In this document: positions 29,389 through 39,952 of the stretch, piece by piece
Numbering within the stretch: position 1 is the first letter of the stretch
Layout: each line of letters begins with the position of its first letter
NCBI GenBank assembly: GCA_965223865.1
Contig: OZ245020.1
Coordinates: 1,696,001 to 1,760,000, forward strand
DNA length: 64,000 bases
DNA from: Nitrosarchaeum sp.
GTDB lineage: Archaea; Thermoproteota; Nitrososphaeria; Nitrososphaerales; Nitrosopumilaceae
Direction of reading: 5' to 3'
Notes under the pieces: generated by a model
The model's database searches: none
Told to the model about the DNA's origin: nothing
What the model saw: only the letters and a program-made list of their open reading frames with translations
Program-made: the position numbers and the translations under genes

Positions 29389-29604
29389 CTACATTAGATC
29401 CTTTTTTTGAATTCCGCTGGTTTCTATATCATATTTTAGTGCTGCTGGTAGTTCTTGGTATTTCTTATTGACCAAAATTATTATTTGATCATCAGGGACG
29501 TTTACTTTTTTTAGTAATTTTCCTCGTTGGTGTGCATAAGCATTTTTCCAAAATCGAGCACCATCAAAAGTTCCTATTTTTGGCATGTATTTGGAAGGTT
29601 TCAT
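29389..29604 (-). CDS. hypothetical protein
   Basis: 71-aa ATG ORF. Confidence 0.7.
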   Translation of the reverse strand: MKPSKYMPKIGTFDGARFWKNAYAHQRGKLLKKVNVPDDQIIILVNKKYQELPAALKYDIETSGIQKKDLM

Positions 29605-29623
29605 TTTTTCTCATAGTGTAAGT

Positions 29624-29702
29624 GACTGTGATGGAAGATTGGCAAATGCCATTAGAACCGGAGTTACTGTTCTGGAATTTAGGCATGTTGCCCATCACAG
29701 TC
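29624..29702. ncRNA. putative structured RNA (long interrupted hairpin)
   Basis: Nested stems GACTGTGATGG/CCATCACAGTC, GGCAA-ATGCC/GGCAT-G-TTGCC and CCGGAG/TTCTGG in a GC-rich intergenic island. Confidence 0.6.
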
Positions 29703-29758
29703 TATTTGAAATTAATTAAGAATCTAATATATTTAATGCGGTATAATCAAGAATAACA

Positions 29759-30175
29759 TTGGCAGTAATCGAAGTATCAGTTGAAATTGGTGCACCAGTA
29801 GATAAAGTCTGGGAAATTGTTTCAGATATTGATAATGAACCAAAATTTTGGAAGGGAACTAAAGAGACAAGAAATATTTCAAAGGAGGGAAACAATATCA
29901 AAAGAGAAATTACAATTGCATTTAGAGATCAAAAATGTCTTCAAGATGTAAAATTATACCCCAAAGAAAAAATTGAAGCCATATTTACCAAAGGAATTAT
30001 TGATGGAGTTAAAATAATCAAATTGATTCCTCAAGATGGAAAAACAACAGTTGAGACAAAATGGGATATCAAACTTTCAGGAATGATGGGAATGTTTACA
30101 GGAATGCTAAAAAATCATATTAAAAGTGGAACTGAACAAGCTTTACAAAATATCAAAGAAGAATTAGAGAGATAA
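29759..30175 (+). CDS. SRPBCC (polyketide cyclase/START-like) protein
   Basis: IGAPVDKVWEIVSDI..PKFW. Confidence 0.88.
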   Translation: MAVIEVSVEIGAPVDKVWEIVSDIDNEPKFWKGTKETRNISKEGNNIKREITIAFRDQKCLQDVKLYPKEKIEAIFTKGIIDGVKIIKLIPQDGKTTVETKWDIKLSGMMGMFTGMLKNHIKSGTEQALQNIKEELER

Positions 30176-30179
30176 ATTT

Positions 30180-31388
30180 ATGGAACTTGTAATTGATGTT
30201 TTCAATTATTCTTTAACTGCAATTATAATTGGTATTTGTGGAGCATGGGCATATCTAATAAAATCAATGATAGACTCTTTTACATTAACACCATATCTTG
30301 ACAGATTTGAAGAAAAAGAACATAATCTACCAAGAGTTTCAATAATTCTTCCTGCAAGAAATGAAGAGGAACATATTGGGAATTGTTTGAATTCGTTAAT
30401 TGATCAAGATTATAAAAATTATGAAATTGTGGTAATAGATGATTCCTCTGAGGACAATACAGAAAAAATAATTTCTGAATATGTAAAGAAAGATTCGCAT
30501 ATTATTCATGTATCTGCAAAACCAAAACCCGACGGATGGATGGGGAAGAATTGGGCATGTATGGAGGGATATAAAAAAGCAACAGGAGAATTACTGTTAT
30601 TTACAGATGCAGATACAAAGCACTCAAAAAACGTGATATCTCTTTCGGTATCACATTTACTTTCCTTTAATCTTGATGCATTATCGGTAATTCCGAAAAT
30701 GCTTTCGTTTGATTTTTGGACAAGAATCACATTGCCTATGATTTCAACTTTTCTTCATACTAGATTTTCTGCCCTCAAAGTAAATGACCCAACAAAAAAA
30801 ACAGGATATTTCTTTGGAAGTTTTTTCATAATAAAAAAAAAGGCATACCAAGAGGTAGGAATGCATGAAGGAGTTAAACAAGAAATTATCGAAGATGGTG
30901 CACTCGGAAAAAAAGTCAAAGAAATGGGCTACAAAATGAAGATGGTCAGAGGAGAACATCTCATCAGTGCCATTTGGGCTCGGGATAAGAGCACACTTTG
31001 GAATGCACTAAAAAGATTAATGATCCCACTATATCTTCAAAGTGGAAATATAGCCATAGGGGTTTTTTTTGCAGTCTTGTTTTTATTATTTATGCCATTT
31101 CCAATTTTGACATATTCAACATTTTCAGCAAGTGAATCCACATCATTTTCAATTCTATTTACAACATCTTTGTTAGCAGTTATTCTGATTTATACAGGTG
31201 CAATCATTGAAGTAAAAAAAACTCTATTTCTCGGAGTAACTCATGCAGTTTTTGCACCCATAGGAAGTCTTGTAGTGGTATTGGGTTTTCTGAGCGGATT
31301 ACTTCAAGCAAAAAGCAATTCTTCAGTATCATGGAGAGGACGTAGTTATTCTATGAAAGATCATGCCCAAAATTCAATAAGTGTATAG
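30180..31388 (+). CDS. glycosyltransferase family 2, membrane-bound
   Basis: PARNEE, DDSSED, GK.WA, FTDAD, EDG. Confidence 0.92.
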   Translation: MELVIDVFNYSLTAIIIGICGAWAYLIKSMIDSFTLTPYLDRFEEKEHNLPRVSIILPARNEEEHIGNCLNSLIDQDYKNYEIVVIDDSSEDNTEKIISEYVKKDSHIIHVSAKPKPDGWMGKNWACMEGYKKATGELLLFTDADTKHSKNVISLSVSHLLSFNLDALSVIPKMLSFDFWTRITLPMISTFLHTRFSALKVNDPTKKTGYFFGSFFIIKKKAYQEVGMHEGVKQEIIEDGALGKKVKEMGYKMKMVRGEHLISAIWARDKSTLWNALKRLMIPLYLQSGNIAIGVFFAVLFLLFMPFPILTYSTFSASESTSFSILFTTSLLAVILIYTGAIIEVKKTLFLGVTHAVFAPIGSLVVVLGFLSGLLQAKSNSSVSWRGRSYSMKDHAQNSISV

Positions 31389-31427
31389 TAGTAAGGCTTT
31401 TAGATAAAAAACAGACAATAAGGTCAC

Positions 31428-32567
31428 GTGGATAAATCAAGTGGCTTAATTGGAGGAATTATAGGAGCTGTAATTGTTGTAGCAGTTTTTGCAGTATTTT
31501 TACTTCCAATAACTAGTTCCACAGAACCAGAAGTTATCGAGAGTAATGCAAGTATTCCAAGTGCAATTGGACAATCAAACCCATATACACAAGAACTTTC
31601 ATTGATTGAAATTTTTGAGAAATCAGAGTCAGGAGTTGTCAGAGTTAATGTACAAAGAAATGAGGAAACAAGTGGATTAAATGGAGTTGGATCAGGTTTT
31701 GTTTTTGATAAAAAAGGCCACATCATTACCAATGCTCATGTTATCAGCGATGCAAAAAAAGTAGCGGTCACATTTCTTGATGGTCGTTCATATAATGCAA
31801 AGGTGATCGGGAGTGATGAATTTACAGACATCGGAGTAATCAAAGTAAATGCAGATTTGAAATTGCTTCACCCATTAACATTAGGAGATTCTTCAAATCT
31901 CAAGGTAGGTGAACAAATTGCAGCAATTGGAAATCCATTTGGATTATCAGGTTCAATGACATCAGGTATTGTAAGTCAACTTGGAAGATTACTACCTTCA
32001 GATTCAGGATATTCAATACCAGATGTGATTCAAACGGATGCAGCAATTAATCCTGGAAATTCTGGTGGGCCTCTATTGAATATGAGAGGCGAAATTGTAG
32101 GAATTAACACAGCAATACAATCAGCCACAGGCGAGTTTACAGGAGTAGGATTTGCAGTACCATCACAAACAATTGCAAAAATTGTTCCAAATTTAATTTC
32201 TAAAGGAGAATACGATCATCCATGGATTGGTATTTCGGGTAGAGATATCGATCCTGACTTAGCCAAAGTTCTTAATTTAACTGATGCCGTAGGATTTCTC
32301 ATTGTCACAGTAATAGACGGTAGTCCTGCAGATAAAGCAGGTTTACGCGGATCCGAAGGCACAGTATCACTTGAAGGGATAAACTATCCAAAAGGAGGAG
32401 ACATAATTTTATCTGTCGATGGAATTGAAGTTAGACAGATTGATGATATTTTAATTCATCTTCAAAGAGCAAAATCAGTTGGAGACGAAATGGTATTGGA
32501 AGTTTTAAGGGATGGAAGAACAACTAACATCACAGTCACCTTACAAGAAAGACCAAATGGCAGTTAA
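31428..32567 (+). CDS. HtrA/DegP-like serine protease with PDZ domain
   Basis: TNAHV, DIGV, GNSGGP catalytic triad; N-terminal TM. Confidence 0.95.
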   Translation: MDKSSGLIGGIIGAVIVVAVFAVFLLPITSSTEPEVIESNASIPSAIGQSNPYTQELSLIEIFEKSESGVVRVNVQRNEETSGLNGVGSGFVFDKKGHIITNAHVISDAKKVAVTFLDGRSYNAKVIGSDEFTDIGVIKVNADLKLLHPLTLGDSSNLKVGEQIAAIGNPFGLSGSMTSGIVSQLGRLLPSDSGYSIPDVIQTDAAINPGNSGGPLLNMRGEIVGINTAIQSATGEFTGVGFAVPSQTIAKIVPNLISKGEYDHPWIGISGRDIDPDLAKVLNLTDAVGFLIVTVIDGSPADKAGLRGSEGTVSLEGINYPKGGDIILSVDGIEVRQIDDILIHLQRAKSVGDEMVLEVLRDGRTTNITVTLQERPNGS

Positions 32568-32608
32568 GAGAATCAAGCATAAATACTCCTAGAAAAGATT
32601 GTTTTCTG

Positions 32609-33778
32609 TTGAACAAACTTGTATTAAACTCAGAAAGTTTAAACAACGTTTTAGAAGATAAAGAGATCAATCGTGATGATATTATTCAAATTTATCAAAA
32701 TTCCCTTAACAACCCAAATGAGTTATTTTTGGCAGCTCAAAGGTTAAGAAAAAAATTCAAGAGTAACTCGGTAACATTTTCAAAGAAAGTATTTTTTAAT
32801 TTAATTAATTTATGTAAGGATTCTTGTTCGTACTGCACATACAAAGCAGAACCAGGAGAGAAAAAGATTTCCTTAATGTCAAAAAATCAAATTTCTCAAT
32901 TACTCGTTCTTGCCAAAAAATATCGTTGTGTAGAAGTATTATTTGTCACAGGAGAACAACCAGAACAAAAATACCAAGAAGCAAGAGATTGGCTCAAAGA
33001 AAATGGATTTAGTTCAACTGCAGAATATTTAATCCATTCATCAGAGATGGCATTAGAGAAAGGAATGTTTCCACACACGAATGCAGGTAATTTGGAAATA
33101 TCAGAAATGAAAGAATTGAAAAAAACAAATGTCTCAATGGGATTAATGCTTGAAAATATCAGTGAAAGGTTAACAGAGAGAGGAATGCCACACTATTTGG
33201 CAGCTAGTAAAAGGCCCAAGGCAAGAATGGAAATTTTAGAAAATTCGGGAAGATTAAAAATACCAATGACCACAGGAATCCTAGTAGGGATTGGTGAAAC
33301 CCCAGCGGAGATAATTGATTCAATTTTTGCAATAAAAAAACTCCAACAAAAATATGGAAATATTCAAGAAGTGATTTTACAAAATTTCCAACCAAAGCAA
33401 GACACTAGGATGAATAATTTTCCTTCAGCTAATCAGAACTATTTCAAAATTATTGTTGCATTGTCCAGAGTGATAATGCCAGAGATGAACATACAGATTC
33501 CTCCAAATTTGTCTCCAAAATCATATCAAAGTTTTCTTTCTGTTGGGATTAATGACTGGGGAGGAATATCTCCACTAACGCCAGATTATGTAAATCCTGA
33601 ATTTTCGTGGCCAGAAATTAGCAAAATAGAAGAAAATTCAAAAAAAGCAGGTTTTAATTTAAAATGTAGATTTCCTGTTTATCCAGAATTTTTTACATTT
33701 GTTAGTAAACAGTTAAGAAATAAGATGGCGATAATTGAAGATGAAGAAGGATTGGTAAAAGAGGAATACTGGAAATGA
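32609..33778 (+). CDS. cofG: FO synthase subunit 1
   Basis: CKDSCSYC radical SAM motif, PHTNAG, QIPPNL, DWGGISP. Confidence 0.94.
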   Translation: MNKLVLNSESLNNVLEDKEINRDDIIQIYQNSLNNPNELFLAAQRLRKKFKSNSVTFSKKVFFNLINLCKDSCSYCTYKAEPGEKKISLMSKNQISQLLVLAKKYRCVEVLFVTGEQPEQKYQEARDWLKENGFSSTAEYLIHSSEMALEKGMFPHTNAGNLEISEMKELKKTNVSMGLMLENISERLTERGMPHYLAASKRPKARMEILENSGRLKIPMTTGILVGIGETPAEIIDSIFAIKKLQQKYGNIQEVILQNFQPKQDTRMNNFPSANQNYFKIIVALSRVIMPEMNIQIPPNLSPKSYQSFLSVGINDWGGISPLTPDYVNPEFSWPEISKIEENSKKAGFNLKCRFPVYPEFFTFVSKQLRNKMAIIEDEEGLVKEEYWK

Positions 33779-35031
33779 ATAACATCGATTTATTGCTCAA
33801 ACATGCAGATTCACAAGTTGCTGAAATTCTAAACAAGGCACTAGATGACAAAGAAATATCACCTCAAGAAGGCACAACATTATACAATACAACGGATCTC
33901 AATTTTCATTTAGTTGGAATGGTAGCCGATGAGTTAAGGAGAAAACGAGTAGGCCAGACTGTTACCTATGTTGTCAATAGAAATATCAATTTCACTAATG
34001 TTTGTATCAAACAATGTGGTTTTTGTGCTTTTAGTCGAGACTTTAGAGAAGAGGAGGGATATTTTCTTCCCACAGAAGAAATTGTAAGACGTGCAAAAGA
34101 GGCGCATCAATTAGGGGCAACTGAAGTGTGCATCCAAGCAGGGCTTCCGCCAGACATGGATGAGAATTTGTACGAAAATATCTGTAGAGCGATAAAAAAA
34201 GAAATTCCAGACATACACATTCATGGATTTTCACCCGAAGAAGTGCTTTATGGAGCATCAAGAGCAAATACTTCCATTAGAGAATATCTAAAAAGACTCA
34301 AAGAATCAGGAGTCAATACACTTCCTGGAACTGCCGCAGAAATTTTAGATCAATCGCTAAGAGACAAGATTTCGCCAGGTAGAATTAGCGTAAAAGACTG
34401 GATTGAAGTAATTAAAACTGCACACAATCTCGGAATCAATACGACATCTACTATGATGTTTGGACATATTGAGACGCCAGAAGACAGAGTAAATCACATT
34501 GCAAAGATTAGAGAAATACAAAAGGAAACTGGTGGATTTACTGAATTTGTTCCCTTAAATTTTGTTCATAGCGAAGCTCCTATGTACAAACATCAGCTCC
34601 ATGAAGGAATAAAACAGGGAGGAAGTGGGAACGACGTATTACTAACTCATGCTGTTGCAAGGATAATGCTAAACAAATACATTGACAACATCCAGATGTC
34701 TTGGGTTAAAGAAGGACAAAAAATGTCTCAGTTATTGCTCATGTGGGGAGCAAATGATTTTGGTGGAACTCTAATAAATGAAAGCATTTCAACATCTGCA
34801 GGATCTGAACATGGCCAGTTACTAAGACCAAAAGAAATTAGAAGAATGATACGAGAAATAGGAAGAGTGCCAGCTGAGAGAAACACCAATTACAAAAAGC
34901 TTCGAATATTTGATGAAGAAAAAGAAACAGAGGAAGGATTGGATAATATAGCAGATCCTTCTCAATTCGGATCATACGCAGAGTTGATAAAAATAAACAA
35001 ATTCCATTATATTAATCCAAGGAGAAAGTAA
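33775..35031 (+). CDS. cofH: FO synthase subunit 2
   Basis: NRNINFTNVC..CGFCAF, PGTAAEIL, SWVKEG, GANDFGGTL. Confidence 0.94.
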   Translation: MNNIDLLLKHADSQVAEILNKALDDKEISPQEGTTLYNTTDLNFHLVGMVADELRRKRVGQTVTYVVNRNINFTNVCIKQCGFCAFSRDFREEEGYFLPTEEIVRRAKEAHQLGATEVCIQAGLPPDMDENLYENICRAIKKEIPDIHIHGFSPEEVLYGASRANTSIREYLKRLKESGVNTLPGTAAEILDQSLRDKISPGRISVKDWIEVIKTAHNLGINTTSTMMFGHIETPEDRVNHIAKIREIQKETGGFTEFVPLNFVHSEAPMYKHQLHEGIKQGGSGNDVLLTHAVARIMLNKYIDNIQMSWVKEGQKMSQLLLMWGANDFGGTLINESISTSAGSEHGQLLRPKEIRRMIREIGRVPAERNTNYKKLRIFDEEKETEEGLDNIADPSQFGSYAELIKINKFHYINPRRK

Positions 35032-36390
35032 TTGACTGCCTTTGGAAAGGCAATAAAATTTTCAAAAAAATTTGGAATTGATGAATGTGAGATAGTATTT
35101 GTAAAAAAGAAAACAACAACAATTAGAATTACAGATTCAGAAATTGCAGAAATTAAACAAAATTTTGATGAAAATTATGGCATAAGAATAATCCATCAAA
35201 AGAAGATATCATCATTTCAATCAACTAATGAAAATGAAATAGAAAATACTATTGAAAAATCACTAAAGACAGTAACGAATCTTAAAGCCAAGAACTTCTG
35301 GAAAAATTTACCTCTTACAATAAACTATAACCCCATAAATGGAACAAGAGATGAAAAATTAGAAAGGATTTCAGGAACAGATACAATTGACATCGCACAA
35401 AATATGATAAATTCTGCAAAAAATGAAAAAATTAATTCAATTTCAGGCTCACTTAATATTGTTTCAGAAAATTTTGAGATTGCGAATTCAAGTGGTCTTG
35501 AGCTAAAAGATAAGGCCACATACATTTCAGGGATGATCAATGCAGAATCAAAAATAGGACAAATTCCGGTATCAGGTATAGGGCAAGAATGTTGTAGAAC
35601 ATTGACAGAGTTTTCAGCAGAGAAAATAGGGCAAGATGCAAAAAAAATGTGCATCGAATCAATCAATCCAAAAAAATGTGAAACCAATACATACTCTGTA
35701 ATTTTTGAACCATATTCTGTAGGAGAGTTACTAGCGTTTGTTTTTGTGTCAAATTTTAATTTTAAAATTCTTTCAGAGAGAAAAAGCTGTTTTTCAAATA
35801 ATTTTCATGACAAAGTTGCCGTTGATGAGTTTAGCTTAATTGATGATCCACATGTTCCAGAAGGAATTGGAACAAAACCATTTGATGATGAAGGAATAAA
35901 AACAAATCCCAGATATTTCATAGAAAAAGGTATTTTCAAAAATACATTTTCAAATCTTTTTGATAGTTACAAAGAAAATACAGAATCAACGGGTAACGCA
36001 TCAAGACCAGGATCTCCCATGGGTAGAAGCTCTGAATCAATTCCAATTTCATCACCTCACAATCTCAGAGTAAAATTAGGAAACACATCACAAGAAGAGA
36101 TGATCAAAGATACAAAACTTGGACTACTAGTAGGAAGATTGTGGTATACTTATGCAGTTAATCCAATTAAGGGAGATTTTTCATGTACTGCAAGAAGTGG
36201 AATTAGAATTATCGAAAATGGAGAGATTAAAAATCCTGGAAAATCGGTTAGAATAATTCATAACCTGCCTATTTTATTGCAAAACATTTCAGCCATTGGC
36301 AATAATGAGAAAAATGTTCTCCAGTGGGCATCACTGCCTTCAATAACACCTTCAATTAAAGTAGAAAACATCAAGGCAATTTCAATTTAA
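35032..36390 (+). CDS. TldD/PmbA family protein
   Basis: DDP....GTKPFDDEG, STGNA, GDFS. Confidence 0.9.
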   Translation: MTAFGKAIKFSKKFGIDECEIVFVKKKTTTIRITDSEIAEIKQNFDENYGIRIIHQKKISSFQSTNENEIENTIEKSLKTVTNLKAKNFWKNLPLTINYNPINGTRDEKLERISGTDTIDIAQNMINSAKNEKINSISGSLNIVSENFEIANSSGLELKDKATYISGMINAESKIGQIPVSGIGQECCRTLTEFSAEKIGQDAKKMCIESINPKKCETNTYSVIFEPYSVGELLAFVFVSNFNFKILSERKSCFSNNFHDKVAVDEFSLIDDPHVPEGIGTKPFDDEGIKTNPRYFIEKGIFKNTFSNLFDSYKENTESTGNASRPGSPMGRSSESIPISSPHNLRVKLGNTSQEEMIKDTKLGLLVGRLWYTYAVNPIKGDFSCTARSGIRIIENGEIKNPGKSVRIIHNLPILLQNISAIGNNEKNVLQWASLPSITPSIKVENIKAISI

Positions 36391-36424
36391 TATAGTTTTT
36401 CAATTATAAAATAGGTTTTATTCA

Positions 36425-37369
36425 TCAATTAAGCAAAAAACTGGAAACAAGATATATCACATATGCAATGACAAGTCCAAATCCCATCTTCCTGTTAATT
36501 ATGCCAGTCATCATTGCAATCAACAATCCAAAGCTAAACGCCATCATTATGACATAATCATAAAATACATCACCTGCTACAGCTACGCCTGTAAGTGCAG
36601 ATGCCACTCCCATAATCATCAAAATGTTGTAGATGTTACTACCAATGATGTTTCCAACTCCAATATCCGAATGACCTTTTCTTATTGCAATTATAGAGGT
36701 AATCAGTTCGGGCAATGAAGTGCCAATGGCAATTACAGTTAATCCGATTATTCTTTCTGAAATCCCTAGGGTTTGTGCAATTATTACAGCATTGTCTACT
36801 GTAAGTTCTGCTCCAACATATAGAAGCACCACCCCTACACCAATTAGTCCCAATGCACGAAGATACACATTCTTTCTTTCTGGAAAAGATTCATCAATTT
36901 CTTCTTCCCGTTGAGACTTTGCTTGGCGATATGTGTAAATTGTAAATGCGATTAGTAATCCAACTAAAAGAAGTCCATCATATTGAGAAATTGTTCCATC
37001 TATAGATAATACAATTAACAGTAAGGAAAAACCGAGCATTATCGGCATTTCTTTTTTCAATGTTGTCTTTTTTACAACAAGTGGAATCATTATTGCAGCA
37101 ACGCCAATTACCATGCCAATATTTGCAATGTTACTTCCCACAATATTTCCTAAAATAATGGCACTATGCTCACCAGCTGCAGCTATGCTTGCTGCAAGCT
37201 CTGGAGTTGATGTACCATATGCAACCACCGTCATTCCAATAATGAGATTACTGATTCGAAGTTTCTTTGCAATTGCAACACCCCCATTTACAAGCCAGTT
37301 TCCACCGTAACAGAGCATGACTAGTCCCAAAACCGTCAAGCCTGCATTAACTAGGACATTCAATTCCAT
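36425..37369 (-). CDS. Ca2+/Na+ antiporter (CaCA, YrbG-like)
   Basis: Alpha repeats GTSTPEL / GTSLPEL and GN..GSN. Confidence 0.93.
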   Translation of the reverse strand: MELNVLVNAGLTVLGLVMLCYGGNWLVNGGVAIAKKLRISNLIIGMTVVAYGTSTPELAASIAAAGEHSAIILGNIVGSNIANIGMVIGVAAIMIPLVVKKTTLKKEMPIMLGFSLLLIVLSIDGTISQYDGLLLVGLLIAFTIYTYRQAKSQREEEIDESFPERKNVYLRALGLIGVGVVLLYVGAELTVDNAVIIAQTLGISERIIGLTVIAIGTSLPELITSIIAIRKGHSDIGVGNIIGSNIYNILMIMGVASALTGVAVAGDVFYDYVIMMAFSFGLLIAMMTGIINRKMGFGLVIAYVIYLVSSFLLN

Positions 37370-38387
37370 GAAAAAACATCAAAACTAGCCTGTTTAAATG
37401 GGATGATTACTCCTTGTGACCCAGTATAAAGCAGATTTTGACCAAAGGCAAAAAAATTCATGATTTAATAGATAAAGGGGGTCAGCAGATCTTGAATATA
37501 TCCTCTCAACATAAATCAGAAGTGCTGGAAAAAAATTGTCAAGTAAAAAATTCAGATAAATCAATGAGTTATAATGAATTAGATCTTTTAAAATATCAAA
37601 AAATCTCTTTAAATGGGAGAATTTCAAGTAAGAACAGAAATTAAATGGCTTTCCATGATTTTTTTCATTGACTAGAGCAAAATGACTGATCATCAAAAAC
37701 TAAAAACAAAAAAACTAGTTTTGTAAGGTATCTTTGATACCTAACAGAACTGTTTCCCTATCAAAAGAGTCAGGGTCTATCTTTTGTTTTAAAATTTGTT
37801 GTTTCATCTATTCTCTAAAGTTTTATTTAGTCAAAGCAGAATAATAAATCGAATCTATATAGAATACTGTTTTTAAAACAAATTAAGAAAAACATTGTAA
37901 AAAAACAGAAGTTTGTAATTAAAGAAATATTATTTAGAGGACTCAAGACAATCTAAGAGTTTTCCATATTGGTGTCATTATAGTCATAACAACAACATCA
38001 TTACAAGTTTTGATTAAAAAATTCATGAATTATTAACTCACGCAAATTTTGAAAAAAATTGTGAAAGTAATTTTTTACATCAAATGTATCATATGTCATA
38101 AAACAAATTTCAGGCATTAATTTCAAATCCAAGTTTAAGATATGACTGAAATGAGACTAAAAGTATAGAGATTTCATATTCAAGTGCCAATAAAAGACAG
38201 TGAATAAATCAAATGAAAAACAAAAGCAACATAATTCTCTCAATTAAAAAAATAAAATGTAAACAGAGATGGTCATCATACTTGTGAGACTTAATAATTA
38301 TTAAATGGTTTCATAATTTACCATATGAATTTTAATATAATTTTGGAAATACTTTATATTTATCAATTTCTTATTAGAAATAAGAAA

Positions 38388-38528
38388 ATGTCATGGGTGG
38401 TTCGATGTCCAACACATGGGAAGATAATAGCACAATACCGATGTGAAGGAATGACACAGCTGGAAAAACATAGTAAAGAAGATAAAATTGATGAACTCTG
38501 TTTTCTTTATGAGGATCCTGATAGCTAA
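38388..38528 (+). CDS. microprotein (46 aa) with CPTH motif
   Basis: MSWVVRCPTHGKIIAQYRCEG...; TATA-like TTTATATTTA ~30 nt upstream. Confidence 0.5.
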   Translation: MSWVVRCPTHGKIIAQYRCEGMTQLEKHSKEDKIDELCFLYEDPDS

Positions 38529-38719
38529 CCAAATTATGGATAATTTTCAGGAAAACCAGGAATTGGCATTTTCTTCAATTGGGTTTAGTCGTATTTTGGA
38601 GATAGTAAGAATACACAGCGCCTGCAAAATCCAAGTATTTTAACAAACTAGGCATAAATGGTGTAAAAAAACCAGCTATAAGGATCAACAAAGTTCTGGT
38701 TTAAGATTAATAAGGTAAT

Positions 38720-38738
38720 ATACCGTACCATACGGTAT
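38720..38738. promoter_or_regulatory. perfect palindromic operator overlapping the start of the wHTH gene
   Basis: ATACCGTA-CCA-TACGGTAT. Confidence 0.7.
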
Positions 38739-39084
38739 GATGCGAGCAAGACTAACATATGTACCTGTAGAGGTAGCAGATCAATTTGAAGATTTTATCA
38801 TAAAAAGAGACGAGCAAGTACTTGATGCAGTAAAGGCAAGAACAAGGGATTATAGCACATTGTCCCTTTTGAAACTGCTGTATCAGCTTAGAGGAAATCC
38901 AATGACGTTTTCGGATTTGTATTCAAAATCAAAGATCAGAATGAAAAAGTCATTTCTGAATTACTTGCACCTATGTGTTGATTACAACTTTGTGAAAAAA
39001 GAGCCAGTAGGATCTAATGTGATATATTCTATAACAGACAAAGGAAGAATTATGCTGGACCTGTTCATGCAGAAAAACAACTAA
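38737..39084 (+). CDS. winged-helix transcriptional regulator
   Basis: PMTFSDLY..., YL..C....FV......VIYSITDKGR..L (HTH_45/MarR-like wing). Confidence 0.82.
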   Translation: MMRARLTYVPVEVADQFEDFIIKRDEQVLDAVKARTRDYSTLSLLKLLYQLRGNPMTFSDLYSKSKIRMKKSFLNYLHLCVDYNFVKKEPVGSNVIYSITDKGRIMLDLFMQKNN

Positions 39085-39174
39085 ACATAGCAAGATAAAA
39101 AATAGAAAACGTCTAACACTTTGGTTACAAAATACTTAGTCAGTAGAGTAATTAGACAGAATAAATCGACGTAA

Positions 39175-39903
39175 ATGATGCAAAAGGGATTTCCAGAAGC
39201 AGAAGTATTTGAATTTAAAAAAATAGAACACAATAGCCCCATAATATTTGCAGGCTTTGTTGGTGCGGGATTGGTAGGTCCAATTGCAATTACTCACATA
39301 ATTGAACAGTTAGATATGAAAGAGATTGCAGTATTGAGATCAAAACATCTTCCACCGTCAACAGTGTTCATGAAAGGCAGACTGCGTCATCCTTTCAGAT
39401 TTTATGCAGATGAAAAAGGAACAGTGTGTGCAATAATTTGTGAAATCACATTAAGAATGGAAGGTCTTTATTCAATAGTATCGACGATTTTGGATTGGGC
39501 AGCAACAAAAGGCTCAAAGGAGATTGTTATTTTAGATGGAGTTGCAAGTAATGAACATGACAATAAGGCATATTGTGCAGCTGAAGAAGATTTAGTAAGA
39601 ACAATGGCAGACCGAGACATCAGTATGATTCCACAAGGATTCATCACTGGTCTTCCAGGAGGAATTTTAAATGAATGTCTGGTAAGAGAAATTCAAGGAA
39701 TTACATTATTGGCAAAAGCTAACAAAATATCACCAGATCCAGTGGCATCAGCAACTCTAATAGAGGCATTAAATAGATTCTATTTCATGAATATAGACAC
39801 GACAGAACTAAAGGAGGAAAAAGAGAGAGTACATTCAGAATTCAGCGAATTGTCTCAGAAATACATAGAACACAGAGAAGAGATAGCTGGAATGTACATG
39901 TGA
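39175..39903 (+). CDS. PAC2 family proteasome assembly chaperone
   Basis: AGFVGAGLVG.IA, PFRFY, G..G.ILNEC, PDP.ASA. Confidence 0.88.
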   Translation: MMQKGFPEAEVFEFKKIEHNSPIIFAGFVGAGLVGPIAITHIIEQLDMKEIAVLRSKHLPPSTVFMKGRLRHPFRFYADEKGTVCAIICEITLRMEGLYSIVSTILDWAATKGSKEIVILDGVASNEHDNKAYCAAEEDLVRTMADRDISMIPQGFITGLPGGILNECLVREIQGITLLAKANKISPDPVASATLIEALNRFYFMNIDTTELKEEKERVHSEFSELSQKYIEHREEIAGMYM

Positions 39904-39952
39904 TCGAATCATTAAGCAAATTCTTTTATTCAAAACAAATGGGCATCAAACT

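Noticed and set aside
37370-38387. Replication origin
   Set aside because: AT-rich, but no ORB-like repeats and no adjacent cdc6/orc1
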